Shown here: one piece after another, positions 1 through 13,671 of the stretch
Layout: each line of letters opens with the position of its first letter
How positions within the stretch are numbered: the stretch's first letter is position 1
NCBI GenBank assembly: GCA_000165345.1
Contig: CM000432.1
Span: 1-64,000, forward strand
Reading direction: 5' to 3'
Length of the DNA: 64,000 nt
Position numbers and translations under genes: made by a program
The notes under the pieces: model-generated
Seen by the model: the letters and a program-made list of their open reading frames with translations, nothing else
The model's database searches: none
What the model was told of the DNA's origin: nothing

Positions 1-45
1 CCCAGCTTGGCATGCCTGGCGGGGCGGATCTCGCGGGATCCCCCC
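1..45. other. non-genomic adaptor or cloning-vector polylinker remnant at contig end (pUC-like MCS with base-call errors)
   Basis: CCCAGCTTGGCATGCCTGGCGGGGCGGATCTCGCGGGATCCCCC resembles AAGCTTGCATGCCTGCAGGTCGACTCTAGAGGATCCCC (HindIII-SphI...BamHI-SmaI). It is GC-rich and unlike the rest of the window, and it sits directly distal to the telomere repeats. Confidence 0.4.
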
Positions 46-770
46 CTAAAACCCTAAACCTAAACCTAAAACCCCTAAACCTAAACCTAAAAACCGAGAC
101 CTAAACCCTAAACCCCTAAACCCTAAACCTAAACCTAAACCCTAAACCTAAACCTAAACCCTAAACCTAAACCCTAAACCTAAACCCTGAAGCCTAGACC
201 TAAACGTAAACCTAAACCTAAGACCTAAACCTAAACCCTAAACCTAAACCTAAACCTAAGGGCCGGAAACCCTAAACCCTAGACCCCTGAAACCTGAACT
301 AAACCCTAAAACCTAAAACCTAGACCTAAACCGAAACCTAAACCTAAACCCTAAACCTAAGACCTAAACCTGAACCTAAAACCGAAGCCCCTAAACCTAA
401 AAGCCTAAACGCTAAAACCCTAAACCTAAAACCTAAACCTAAACCCTAAACCTAAGACCTAAACCTAAACCTAAACCTAAAACCCTAAACCTAAACCTAA
501 ACCTAAAACCCTAAAACCTAAACCTAAACCTAAACCTAAAACCTAAACCTAAACCTAAACCCTAAAACCCTAAAACCCCTAAACCTAAAAAAAACCTAAA
601 ACCTAAAAACCTAAAAACTAAAACCTAAAACCTAAAACCTAAACCTAAACCTAAACCTAAACCTAAACCTAAACCTAAACCTAAACCTAAAACCTAAACC
701 TAAACCTAAACCTAAACCTAAACCTAAAACCTAACCCCCTAAACCTAAACCCTAAACCTAAACCTAAACC
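41..770. repeat. telomere repeat array, CCTAAA on + strand (TTTAGG on - strand), about 120 units. Variants such as CCCTAAA and CCTAAAA are common in the distal 450 bp, and the proximal 160 bp is near-perfect.
   Basis: Hexamer periodicity can be read directly. The C-rich strand runs 5'->3' on + at the left end, which is the correct polarity for a left chromosome terminus. TTTAGG is the telomere unit reported for Cryptosporidium. Confidence 0.95.
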
Positions 771-1451
771 AATCACCTTTTTATTTAATTGTCTGTAAAG
801 TTATAATCAAATCATATTCTTGAAATTGACAATGAGAAAATTACTAGCAACGCTTAGTCATTTCAGAAAACTATTTCACAATATTCTTTTTAAATTAATG
901 ATTTATTAATTATGATTTTTTTATTTATAAATATATTGCTTAATTTGTATTTTTTTTCAAGTCGCCCATTTGTAAAAATTAAAAGAATTCATTTAATAAT
1001 CATTTCATATGCAATTTTATTTAATCACAATTATTTTTTTATTTATTGGACATTTCGCAAAGTGGTTGCTTGATACGGCTATTAGTTTATTGATATTTTT
1101 TTATAGAGACCAATAACAAAAATCTGATGTTAAAATATAAAGATGCCAAACATACAAATTAGATCGATTATAACGATCATTTATCGTTAGGTTTTGGTTT
1201 TGGACATTTTTCAAGCAACTTAATGAACTCAATTTAGTTATTTTTATTATTCAAGAATGCAAAATAAGGTAGAAAATATTACACCAATTGGTTGGACAAA
1301 CACAAAATAACTTTGAAAATATTGTTAAAGTAGAACTAACGCCTACAAAACATTATTGATATATCTATATAAGGTACCAATTTAATTCAGTTCATAGAAC
1401 CAGCTTCACACGAAAAGTTATTAAAATTTAATCCTGAGAAATTGATATTTT

Positions 1452-1934
1452 TCATATGTTAAGAACTCTCCTCAACACTGATCTTCTGGGCTTTGGTAGA
1501 ACCGGTGGAGGGGGTGGTGGAAGTGATGGAAGTGAGTCTGGATCTTCAGAAGAAAATGACGAACCAATTTCTTCTTGTGAAGGTGGTGGTGAGAAAGAAA
1601 GTGATTCTACTGGAGCTTGTGGGGCCGGGAAAGGAGGTGGTGGGGGGATTACTTCTAAATCAATTGATTCAGGATTAAATTGACAGTTTGAGTGGCCTTG
1701 TTCTTCAGAGGTATTGCTTGAAGAATTAAGTTCATCCTCAGAATCAGAATCGCAACTTGTTGAGCAGCAGCAACAACATAGCCTACGTCTAATACGTCTC
1801 ATAGCTTTACAACATGGGCTCTTTACCTTAATAAAAGAAAAACTTAATAAGTTTGAATGAAAAGAAATACTACTTGGATACTGAAATATTAAAAACAAGA
1901 ATGAAATAAATAAGTGGAGTTTAAATATTTTCAT
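1452..1934 (-). CDS. hypothetical small secreted Cys/Pro-rich protein (160 aa) with a signal-peptide-like N-terminus, a CCCCC run and PPPPP tracts. It is the telomere-proximal gene.
   Basis: Intact 160-aa ORF whose GC content is clearly above the surrounding AT-rich DNA. It has a hydrophobic N-terminus (MKIFKLHLFISFLFLIF). The + strand ORFs 1456..1683 are its antisense shadow. Confidence 0.35.
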   Translation of the reverse strand: MKIFKLHLFISFLFLIFQYPSSISFHSNLLSFSFIKVKSPCCKAMRRIRRRLCCCCCSTSCDSDSEDELNSSSNTSEEQGHSNCQFNPESIDLEVIPPPPPFPAPQAPVESLSFSPPPSQEEIGSSFSSEDPDSLPSLPPPPPPVLPKPRRSVLRRVLNI

Positions 1935-4409
1935 TTTCCAAATAAAAAATTAAACGCGTTTTTCACTAAAAATTGAACGGCATTATTCTAAAAATGTCCT
2001 TAAAAAAAAAACCCGCTCATATCCATTGCAATGATTTGGCAATACAAGTATTTGTCAAGTTTGCACTAAAAATAATGTATTTTAAAGAATTATAACTATC
2101 ATGAATTTAATTTGTTGTTAACTTTGAATATCCTTTTTTAGTTACAACAAACAATTTATAAATAATTTTTTCTTTTGGGATTTTATTCAATACAAAATTC
2201 ATTTTTTTGTCCATTAAGAACATTAGCGCTAAATGTTGATTAAAGCCACTTCAATATATACTTTTAAAATTACCGTTTTGTTTCTTATTTTTTTATCATT
2301 GGATAAAAAGAAAATTGGATGTATTTTACTAACTTGACATCTTCGTTTCTAAACTATTAAAAAACTTAAACATAAATTAAATAACTAATTATAACAAACT
2401 TTTTTGTTAGAAAAATATTATTTTTCTTGAATATTTAAAATATTCAAGAAAAAAATTTACAATATATTTGCGAATTTATCCAATTTTATTGGAAATAAAT
2501 AATAGGGTGCAAAAAATTGGAAATCTGACAATTGCGCACTGTGGTCACTTACAATAAGTTAAACCATGTGAGCAGATGTTGTCTAACTTAAATAAACTTT
2601 GAAAAATATATATAAAAGTTTCAAATAAGAACTGCGAAAAATTAGTTTAAATTATTATGGTGAATTAAAATTACTAACGTCAAAAACTTATTTACTTAAG
2701 TGACAACAATAACAAATTGTAAAATGTATTGTTAATAAAAAGTAACTATCGCTTTAGTTAATGAAATAAATAACTACAATTATATTGTACTAATATTGAA
2801 AAGAGTTTAATTAATTATTTTTTTGATGAATTTCTTTTACTAAAAAAAAATTTCAAATGACACTTGAGAAAGCTGATTAGTTAAATAAACTCATTCAATA
2901 AATCCACTAGAGAATAACTGAATGTATCATAAAAATCCATCTTCTTTTATCATTAGTAAACAATCTTTAATAATGTAATTGTTAGTGGCATTGAATAATT
3001 TACGAATTTTATGATATATTGATGATTATTTATCACTAATATTTTGAAGAGAGGAAAAAAAAAAGAAATTTATGATAAATTTTGGTTTGAAGCTCGTTCT
3101 TAATTTTTTATTATAACTTGAATTTAAAATATACAAATATTAAAATTTATTAGATACCAAAAAAAAATCTTTGACATTTGCAATTTTAAAGAGAAAAGTT
3201 AATAAAAATTAATCAAGATTAAAGTGTATTCATTTTGACTATATCACTTTAAGTTACTATAAATAAATTAAGGGATCATGTGGCATACATCAAATTAATT
3301 CCCTTCGGAAAAATGACTAATCAACTTTTTTCTAAATTAGAAATATTGAATTGTAAACACTCATTTGTTTATATTAGCTTTTAAAACTCGCTTTAATAAA
3401 AATGAATAATTATGTGGCTAAATAAATAATTACATATCAAAATCTATGATATTTATTTAAAATAATTAAGCTATCAAGCGAGAAATCAAAGGGTAGCAGT
3501 TGTAATAGCAAGTCCTAATATATTATGAATAACTAATTTAAGAAATAGAAAAAAATTGTAATTTAACTTTGTTCTTAGTATTAGACATTAATACCTTTAA
3601 ATACAAAATAGCATCAAATATAGCATATGAAAGACAAAATGTACTATCAAATTAAAATGTCAATTTCTGGTGTATTGAAAATGAATATGAATTATTTTGA
3701 CTATTTACAAGAATTTTATTATAAAATAAATTAACTAAAATGTAATTTGTAGTTTATTAAATAATTTGATATTATATTTCAAAAGCTTTTGTTTTGATAT
3801 ATAATATTTTTTAAAAAAATTAAAAAAAGTGTTTAAAAGTGATATTAATTAAACATATTATGTAATTAATATAAGAATTAATCACAAAAATAATGAGAGT
3901 ATGTAGTGTTTTTGTACTATTAATCTGTAAAGTTGAATATTTTAATTCAGTTAACACGCAAGTGCAGCCTGCCACAAATTATTTCTAACAAGATTTGATT
4001 AATTAAGTATTTTTGTAATATTTTGCCACTATAACTGAATTTTCACAAATAAAATGTCGAGATGATCAGTGTAAAGTAACAGAATAAATTATTCGGTAAT
4101 AAAATGATTAATACCTACAATTATTAAGCATTAGAAATAAATTAGAGTGCAATAAATACTGAAATTATTGAAATAATGTTATGGTCAACCCAATAATAAA
4201 TAATACCATTCCAATTATTTTTATTTAATAGTTTATAAAATTTGGTAATTTAAAAAATCGATTTTGGCGGCAAGAGAGTATTATTTAAGCTAGTCTTGAA
4301 ACAGCAATGCAACTTAATCTTAATTGGATTAAATCAAATATTTATACAAGTTCAGCTTAGATTATTAAATTTCACTATTTGATTTGATGTACTAACTTTA
4401 AAAAAGAAT

Positions 4410-5417
4410 ATGAAAAGAGAATTGTTATTTTCTTTGAAATTACTTTTTTATTTTACGGTAACAGCACTAATATATAATAAAGCAAATGCTGAAACTATTA
4501 TTAATAAAGTTAATAATAAAAATAACAATTATAAAAGACCAAGCTACTTAATCTTTGGGAAAAATAATATTCTTACTCCAAATTATTCTAAAGAAGTGGA
4601 TTGTCTTGGCCCACCAATATATTTTTTTGATGTTGCTAATAGAAAAATTGTGAGCTTGAAGGTTACCTGTAAAGATACATTTTTACTTATTAACAATAAT
4701 GGTGAACTAACTGTAAGATTAACAGATGAAGTCTACTATGTTAATGATCGCAAAGCTAAAAAGCATTTCTTTTTTGATTACAATTTTGATCCAACAACTT
4801 TTATTCAAAAAGAATATAACGATTTGACTGAAGTTGAACATAAAACTAATTATTTGTTGGAAAATAACTTTAATGAAATTCCAATAGATTACGATACATC
4901 TAATGATGGTAAATATTTAGACTGGATAGTGAAGACAGAGTTTTTAGGAGTTATTACAATTTCAGATACTACTGTTAAATTACCAAATTATAATTTTGGT
5001 CAACCAGAAAGTGAATTCGAAATTAAAATACCTGTTGAAACAAAATTATTTTTAATTTTTATAATTAAAACAAGTCTTCTTGGAATTCAAAATACTTTTT
5101 TTGCAGCTTTCCCTATTTTCTTTCTTTCTAAGATTATATATGATGTTAGGAAGCCACTACTAAAATTCCAATTCGATCAGATTGGCTCAAACAGTTCAGA
5201 AATATATGATATTAAAAAGGGTATTCATTACTATAAAGGATTAAAATTAAAAATCAACAAGATTCATGGTGAAAAAATTTTATTTAGTGAGTCTTTATTT
5301 GAATTAGAGAAGTTAATTAAGGATAGATTTGATAAATTGAAAATTGAGCTAGATTCAAAACACAACCTTGGTATTATCAATTTCTTAAATTCAGTTAATA
5401 ATAATGAAGGAATTTAA
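4410..5417 (+). CDS. hypothetical secreted protein, 335 aa, N-terminal signal peptide (MKRELLFSLKLLFYFTVTALIYNKANA)
   Basis: Long ORF in otherwise ORF-free subtelomeric DNA with a canonical signal peptide and an ATG start. No recognisable domain. Confidence 0.5.
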   Translation: MKRELLFSLKLLFYFTVTALIYNKANAETIINKVNNKNNNYKRPSYLIFGKNNILTPNYSKEVDCLGPPIYFFDVANRKIVSLKVTCKDTFLLINNNGELTVRLTDEVYYVNDRKAKKHFFFDYNFDPTTFIQKEYNDLTEVEHKTNYLLENNFNEIPIDYDTSNDGKYLDWIVKTEFLGVITISDTTVKLPNYNFGQPESEFEIKIPVETKLFLIFIIKTSLLGIQNTFFAAFPIFFLSKIIYDVRKPLLKFQFDQIGSNSSEIYDIKKGIHYYKGLKLKINKIHGEKILFSESLFELEKLIKDRFDKLKIELDSKHNLGIINFLNSVNNNEGI

Positions 5418-6572
5418 CTTCAAATAGAACAAACTATTTTAAACAATTCATCTGACAAACTTTAAAATCAAGTCTTAAATAATATACAAATTACCAACAC
5501 AATTATGGTAATAACCGCTAATACCAAATAATCAACATCAACTTCTGTAAACTCGAATAATACTATATCCTTCCTAGTAACTAAAACTGGCTTTTTTAAT
5601 AAATCTATTTCGTAATTAAATGCGCCTATTTGGCACAAATAACATAAATTTTAGTTTATTACCTGTTAAAATGATATTGATTAATAATCTATATTATAAT
5701 AATTGTTATAGTTATTCTACTTTTTTAATATTATAATTTTTATATTAATTTATATAATACCTATTATTGAAAGGCAAAATTTCCAATTGATTGTATAAAA
5801 TATAATTGTTTAATTCAATATAGTAATAACTAATTAAATATTAACATTTTAATTTTAAGAACATGTAAAACCAAATTAAAACTTTTAAGTATTTTTTATT
5901 TTTTTGTGATTCATTAAACAATATAATTCATAAAATCAAATAATTATTGCAAATACGAATTAAAAATCTTAAATAAAATGGATTAAATAATAGGAAACTC
6001 ATACCATCATATTATATATCTAAGATATTTTTATTATTGTCTGTTTCGTCTGTTTATCTTTAAAAAATATTCAGCTGAATTGTAAACTTTATTTTCAATT
6101 TACATTATTTAAAAACTAAGTTGTTTTTATATATGAATTATCAGAATGATTCTGTGATAATTTAAAATATTATCTAGAATTTAATAATTTTTACTTGAAA
6201 TTAAACTATAACAAAAAATATTGCAAATATCAATTTGACTTGTATTGAATTCTTAAGGTTTTTAAAATACTTTAATTTTTTTTTGGAAAAAGCTGTATCA
6301 AATCAAAATTCAGCTCTTAAGTTAGAAATATAAAATAATTGAAAATCAAATAGATTATGAAAGCTGGTTCATATCGCATATAAACCATTCTTAGATAAGA
6401 TTTTGCTCATAAAAATAAATAAAATGAAAAAAATGCTAGTCTTTCAATAATATCTTTAAAGTAATAGTTAATTTCACAAAATCTTAAACTATATTCCCTC
6501 AATTAACTAGTTTTAAAACTTTAAATACTTCACAAAAATTGAAATATTTATTAGAAAATAAGCTCTATTCGC

Positions 6573-6860
6573 TCATTTTCGTCCCAATTTTTGCTTAGCT
6601 TTTTTGATCTGGTCGTCGTAGAATGCGACCTTATCCTGATTCCCAGATAATTGAGCTTGAGCCCTTTTCTGTTCCAAAGTTTTAAGTCCATTCTCTAAGC
6701 CTCTCTTATCTTCCTTACTGAGAGGTTTTCTTAGTTTAAGACGTACGAAGGATTGCTCGAAAGAAACTGTGGAAACCTCGTATTCGGTGTTTCTAAAGTT
6801 TCCAAATAAAGCAACAATTGCAAAGATAAAAACAAGCTTAGCGAAGTTGAAAGTCTTCAT
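6573..6860 (-). CDS. hypothetical small secreted protein, 95 aa, signal peptide plus a lysine-rich tail
   Basis: ORF with a hydrophobic N-terminus (MKTFNFAKLVFIFAIVALFG). Its codon and GC composition is distinctly less AT-biased than the flanking DNA, which argues for real coding sequence. Confidence 0.45.
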   Translation of the reverse strand: MKTFNFAKLVFIFAIVALFGNFRNTEYEVSTVSFEQSFVRLKLRKPLSKEDKRGLENGLKTLEQKRAQAQLSGNQDKVAFYDDQIKKAKQKLGRK

Positions 6861-7431
6861 ATTTCTTGTAATATAACAAATTCGAATAATAAAAGTTAAT
6901 TATTTATTATCAAATAGATTTCTGAAAGTGATTGGTAGGAAAATTTATATTGTTAATTATTTGAGATTTTCACACTGTGTGAGTTCAAAGTTATTTTTTG
7001 GGATAACAATATTCAGATTTGACCAGTCTCCTGGTCTCCTTACTACCGATTATTTCTCTAAGATAAAAATTTATTAATGTATTGTATATATATGTGTGAA
7101 TAATTTTTACTGTGTTAAATATATACTTGTAACAAATTATTTTACTATTTACTCTTATATTTAGATGTTTAGTCTAATTTGAGTAGAATTTTTACAACAT
7201 TCATTATTTCAAAAACGGTCTTTAATGGTGCATTTAGCATTTGTGTGCACCCAAAGATATTGGGTGAAACTAAATATTTCCAGCTAATTTAATATAGCTA
7301 AATAGAAAAAATAAAATCTAATACTATATTTATTTTTGAGCTAGCTTAAACATTCAGTCTTACTATAAAAGAATTAAAATATTTATAATTACTTTCTTCA
7401 ATAAATTTATAAAATAATGCGGGATAATGTG

Positions 7432-7441
7432 TGCATGCGCA
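7432..7441. promoter_or_regulatory. TGCATGCGCA motif about 300 bp upstream of subtelomeric gene A
   Basis: Read directly. Confidence 0.3.
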
Positions 7442-7737
7442 TTTAATGTTAAATAAATAATAAAAGTCAGATTTAAAAGATAAGAAATCCTTTTATTTGT
7501 TAAAGAGTTACATTATTTCTGTTTAATTAATCTTCATTCGTCTAGTAAATTATCTAAAAGTGGTTGATTTTTTTTTGATGAATACATTTTTAATTAGTAG
7601 GAAAAATAATTAATTTTCGTAAATATATTTTTTGTAAAAAATAGACAGCACATAAATATAAATAGATAAATGGCATTGAAGGGAATTGAATTTTTTGGAT
7701 TTGAAGGCAGAATTTTATCATTGTTTAATAGTTGAAA

Positions 7738-9078
<1,341 letters not shown>

Positions 9079-9265
9079 ATTTCAATAACTACATTTTCGA
9101 GGCTCTATACTTCAAATTCAATATTTTTTTTTTAAGTTAATTTTTTTTGTATAGTAAATTTATCTGAGTGACTTCGATGTTAATATTTAAATATTTAGAT
9201 AATTAATTTGTTTGTAATAATTATTTCATCATTTTATTTTTAAATTGCACTAAGACACAAAATAT

Positions 9266-9275
9266 TGCATGCAGA
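9266..9275. promoter_or_regulatory. TTGCATGCAG motif about 170 bp upstream of subtelomeric gene B
   Basis: Read directly. Both paralogs therefore carry a GCATGC element at a similar upstream position. Confidence 0.3.
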
Positions 9276-9436
9276 GACTTTGCGTAAATATTTTATTTTA
9301 AATTTCAAATAATATTCTAAAAAAAATCAATATAATTAGGCATTGAAACATATTTTCCATTGTTTTAATTGAACCTAATTTGAAAAAATCCATTCTATTT
9401 TTGGGCAACGTTAATTTCTTTAGTCTGTAAGACAAA

Positions 9437-11383
9437 ATGGGTGCTGAAATAAGTAATTGTCAATTCACAAAATTAGGTGATGCATGCTATTCACCATTTT
9501 CAATGATAAATAACACATTAAGTGAAGCTGCTGCAAATAATTTTGTCTTAAATCTTGAAAAGTCTAAATTCAAATCAGAAAATAATCAATATTGGCTTTC
9601 ATGTATGGTTGGTTCAGTGCCATATAATGGAACTTTAGAATGTGATGTTGAAAATTATGCAACAATCATCTGTGGAAATAGTAAGTTATACAATTTATTT
9701 TAAATTTGTTGTTAAGTTATTTACTCTTATTATTCATTTTAAAGAAAGAATGAGATTTAGACACAGAGAAAATTGTCTTTTTGGATTCCAATTTAGAAAA
9801 AATGAAACTATTGTTTTTGATGTAAGTAAAGAAAATAAAAAACATCACCAAATTCAAAATATAATTCTCTTAAAATGTTTAAATTATAGAATAGAGATCT
9901 TCAGAATCCTTTGTTAGCTTTCCCTCTTCCAACGAATCAATTGGCTGTTGCAACTCAATTTTATGATGAAAATTTCCAAGAGAAATGGGTTTTAAGAAGT
10001 GGCTTTTCAGGTAAGTCTTATGTATATTTCAAAATAGATTTTATCAAAACTATAATTATAGGTTATGTTCCAAATCTCGGACTTGTATTAGATTCAACTA
10101 TTCTTCATCCAGAGAATATTAAAACTCCTTATGATCAACTTAACAAAAATGATGCTAACGATAAAGAAACTGTTGTTTCTGATGCTAACGATAAAGAAAC
10201 TGATGTTTCTGATACTAATGAAGAACAGGCGAGCAATGAATATTTAATTCCGGTAGAGCAGAATAAAATTGAAAATGGAGGGACATTATCATTCAATATC
10301 ACTATTGGCAACTTTAAAAATGACCTTTTTCTTATAATAAGCGATAAAGATAAAAAGCAAATGATCAATCTGGAGTTAAGTAAATGCTGTGGCAAACTTA
10401 TTGACTCAATAAACGAAAATTATGATAGATTTTCATATCCAGAGGAATTAATGGCAAGTAATGCAATAGATTTAAACTTGACGTGGCAATCATCAATATA
10501 CGCCTTGAAAACAAAATCTTCCGATACACCTTTAGCAATAATTCCAATAGAAAATAAAAGCATTCCCTATCAAGCTGTTTTGCTGAACTCTTCAACAAGA
10601 GAAGAATTAAAAACAAACTGGAGTTACACTACAGGAGTCAAAAATCTAAGTTCTGTTTCGTGCACAATCAATGCATTAGAAGGTAGATGCAAAAGTTCAA
10701 GTGTTACAGTCACAAAAATGGTTAATCCAAACATAGAATTTTTGAGATTTGGCTTCCTGTTTTCTAAAGATACTTTGGCTCCTTTCGAAATGACCATTTC
10801 TCAAAACTCTAATAATTTGGCAACTTTACAAATATCATCAAATGTCATTAAAGTTCAATCTAGTGATTCAGAGGAAATAACTCTCAAAAAAGAATTTACT
10901 ACTGGAGAATGGGTTTCCGGAGATATTTTTATTATTTCAGATGATATTCATAATGTAATTGAAGAAGATAGCAGTATTTCATGTAAAAACTATAATGATT
11001 CGTGTTATAGTACACAAAATAGTCAGGACTGGATGGGTATAGTTAGTGAAAAATCTATTCTTAGATATGCGTACTTGAAGAAGCAGGCTGTGGAAAATAA
11101 AGTCAAAACAGATACAAACACTGAAGCTGATTCATCATCGTCTAGCTCAAAAACTCAGTATTACCTTTATATCTCATTTAAAAATTGTATTATTGCTAAA
11201 CTTAATATAAACTCTAATTCTTTTAACAAAGTTTCAGTTTCAAACAGACAAGGCTCAAGCAATTTAGTCTATTGGAGATTGAAAGGTGGTGTCTCCACCT
11301 CTATTAATATTCCCGATAGCTATCTGGATAATCTCAAAACAGATATTCCAAAAGAAATTGAGGCAAACACAAATAAAAACTAG
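9437..11383 (+). CDS. subtelomeric family protein B, 4 exons: join(9437..9680,9745..9821,9890..10010,10062..11383). It starts MGAEIS (N-myristoylation-type motif) and its C-terminal domain is paralogous to gene A.
   Basis: There are three GTAAGT donors, at 9681, 9822 and 10011, with AG acceptors at 9743-9744, 9888-9889 and 10060-10061. The introns are 64, 68 and 51 nt. The phases are consistent (1, 0, 1) and link three ORF-track fragments (9437.., 9642.., 9911..) into one reading frame. A 33-bp tandem duplication (NDANDKET x2) lies at 10147-10212. Confidence 0.6.
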
Positions 11384-11637
11384 TTATCAGATTCTAATAA
11401 CAAAATAATAATAAATTTATCTGTAGTAATGTAAATTATTATTTATTTAAAATAATGCTGATATCAAAAATATTGATTATGTTACCAACTAATCCAATTA
11501 ATTTTTTTATCCCGATATTATACATGAATTTAGCAACGTCTCGTCTCGCATGTAAATCGAGAATTTGTATTTTATGGAAATTTAATCCACAATATATTCT
11601 TGAGAAGGTTTGCTCTTCGGGTGTTAAATTAAATTAA

Positions 11638-13671
11638 ATGACTGAAAATTTACAAGAAGGTTCCTTGAATTTCGAATTGCCAAAATTTCAAATAGAAGTT
11701 GGGTTTTGGAAGGCTGCTAGTACTCTTAAATACGATGTTATTAAATCCAGTGAGGATTCGTTTGATATACTTGGTTTTTACAATCAAGAAACAAATATTA
11801 TTCGAATTAGACAAGAGTCTTTGAATTCGAAAAATAAAGAGTATTTAGGTAAAGTTTCAAATTAATATTTCTAACTTAATTTTTTTTTAAATTTCATTTT
11901 TTCGAAAAATTTTTTAGAATACAATAATTCCGTGATTGGAAAGTTGAGTTTAGTCAACTCCATGTCAGCTATCATTAATTTTGGTAATATTGATCATGGC
12001 TGTGACTCCTACCTGGAATCTGCAGTTGATAATGCAATGATGTGGATTAATAATAGTTCTAACCATGAAAAATATCCATTTACTTTCAAATTATGCATTT
12101 ATTTTGATTTTAAAACCCAAATAGCTTATTATAGTGCTTTTTTTCCTAATGTAAACACTAATTTCAACATTAAGACTGACAAACAATCTGAGCTGGGAAT
12201 TGAAATTAAATCAAATTTGCCCGAATATTCTGGTTCGTATATAGATTTAAGCAGCATTAATAAAAACTCAAATTCACTAGCAGTTCTTAAAACATTAAAA
12301 GATAGAGTGGAGGGAAAAATTGGCAATTTTAATGATGAAACAAGCATTGAAAAAAAAGAAAGATTTGATTGCCCATGGTTTTTTTCAACATTACTTACCA
12401 TTATACTTTTTAAAGACAAGTATAAGAATTTACTCAAAACCAATGAAATTATAAAGCTTTTGAAAGAATCAGGTTCGAATGGGAATTTTAAATTTGATTC
12501 GAGAAGCTGTTTTATTTCAAATAAGCATGTTAAAAATGTGCTTGCTATTAGCGATAAAGAAATGAAAGAATTACAATCTGAACACATTCTACCATTTGAT
12601 TTGAAAAATTACTTAAGTCCGCATGAACTCCAACAGAGATTGAGCACAATGAATATTGACTTAATTAAGTGGAGGCTAATACCCAATTTCGAACAGATTC
12701 ACTTTAAGAATTTGAAATTCTTGATAGTAGGTAGTGGTACATTAGGTTGTAGTGTTGCTAGAAATCTTATTGGATGGGGCATACGAAATTTTAAATTCAT
12801 TGATCACTCTAAAGTCAGCTTAAACAATCCAATGAGGCAGTGCTTATTTACATTGGAAGATGTCAAAAATAAGAAAAATAAGGCCATAGCTGCGGTTGAG
12901 AGACTACGATATGTTTGCCCAGATATTCATGCAGAAGGAATCGACTTTGAAATTCCAATACTTGGTGATTCAACATTAAGTCTTGAACAGTTTTTGAAGT
13001 CAGTTAATGAAACAAAAGATAACATAATTGATTCTGATGTGGTAATGTTACTTACAGATAACAAAGAATCAAGATGGCTACCTACAGTCCTTATTGGGCT
13101 AATCAACCGCTATTATAATAGAAGGAGGCCAATATTATGCATCACAGTTGGATTAGGATTTGATTCATTTATTGTAGTCAGAAATACATTCACAGAAACG
13201 GATTATTCTAGTTCTGGGTGCTACTTTTGTGGAGATTTTTCAATTAATTCAAAAAATAATACATTAGATATTCCAGTTGATCAACAATGCTCTGTTGTTA
13301 GAATGGGGGCAAGCTACTTTGCATCTTCAATTGCAGTTGAATTAATTATGAATCTATCTCAGCATCCATTGACATGGAATGCTCCTCATTTAAGTAATGA
13401 ATCTAATAAATCTGATGAAAATAAAAGCCTTCTAGGCACAACTCCACAATGTATTAGAGGGTTTTTAGCTGATTTTTCATTCTGTACTGATCCTATTCAG
13501 AGGAATAAATGTTGTATTGCTTGCTCAGACAAACTAATTGATAAAATTCATAAAGATGAAGTTAATACATTAAGCGAAATTTTTATCAACCCTCGAAAGG
13601 TTGAATCAATTTCTGGATTAACCAATTTTAAATCTGAAATGGAGAAATCAATAACAGAAAGTTATATCTAA
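11638..13671 (+). CDS. ATG7: ubiquitin-like modifier-activating enzyme ATG7 (E1-like, ThiF family), 2 exons: join(11638..11848,11918..13671)
   Basis: The Rossmann motif VGSGTLGCSVARNLIGWGIRNFKFIDHSKVSLNNPMRQCLF matches the ATG7 signature LLLGAGTLGC..R.L.GWGV....VD...VS.SNP.RQ. SRWLP, GFDSF, GCYFCGD, LDQQCSVVR and CCIACS are also conserved. The 69-nt intron has donor GT at 11849 and acceptor AG at 11916-11917, and is phase 1. Confidence 0.85.

Noticed and set aside
1456-1683. Plus-strand ORFs 1456..1683 and 1493..1678 (Gly-rich)
   Set aside because: They are reverse-frame reflections of the Pro-rich minus-strand ORF 1452..1934 (GGGGG on + corresponds to PPPPP on -).
9642-9917. ORF 9642..9917 as a stand-alone 91-aa gene
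   Set aside because: Only its central part (9745..9821) is used, as exon 2 of the four-exon gene B. The rest is intronic and the ORF has no ATG start.
11455-11637. ORFs 11455..11637, 17009..17263, 30208..30668 and 61893..62090 in intergenic or promoter DNA
   Set aside because: They are short, low-complexity and AT-rich, with no start context or homology. They overlap promoter motif regions.
12129-12587. Minus-strand ORF of 152 aa inside ATG7, and similar internal antisense ORFs (10135..10395, 10398..10616, 15747..15971, 18385..18615, 18792..18986, 23162..23410, 26267..26536, 33830..34072, 34134..34334, 35045..35728, 43369..43641, 45796..46053, 52225..52422, 53395..54040, 58397..58646, 61128..61313)
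   Set aside because: All lie wholly inside longer ORFs on the opposite strand or in another frame that have clear homology support. They are typical spurious ORFs in AT-rich sequence.
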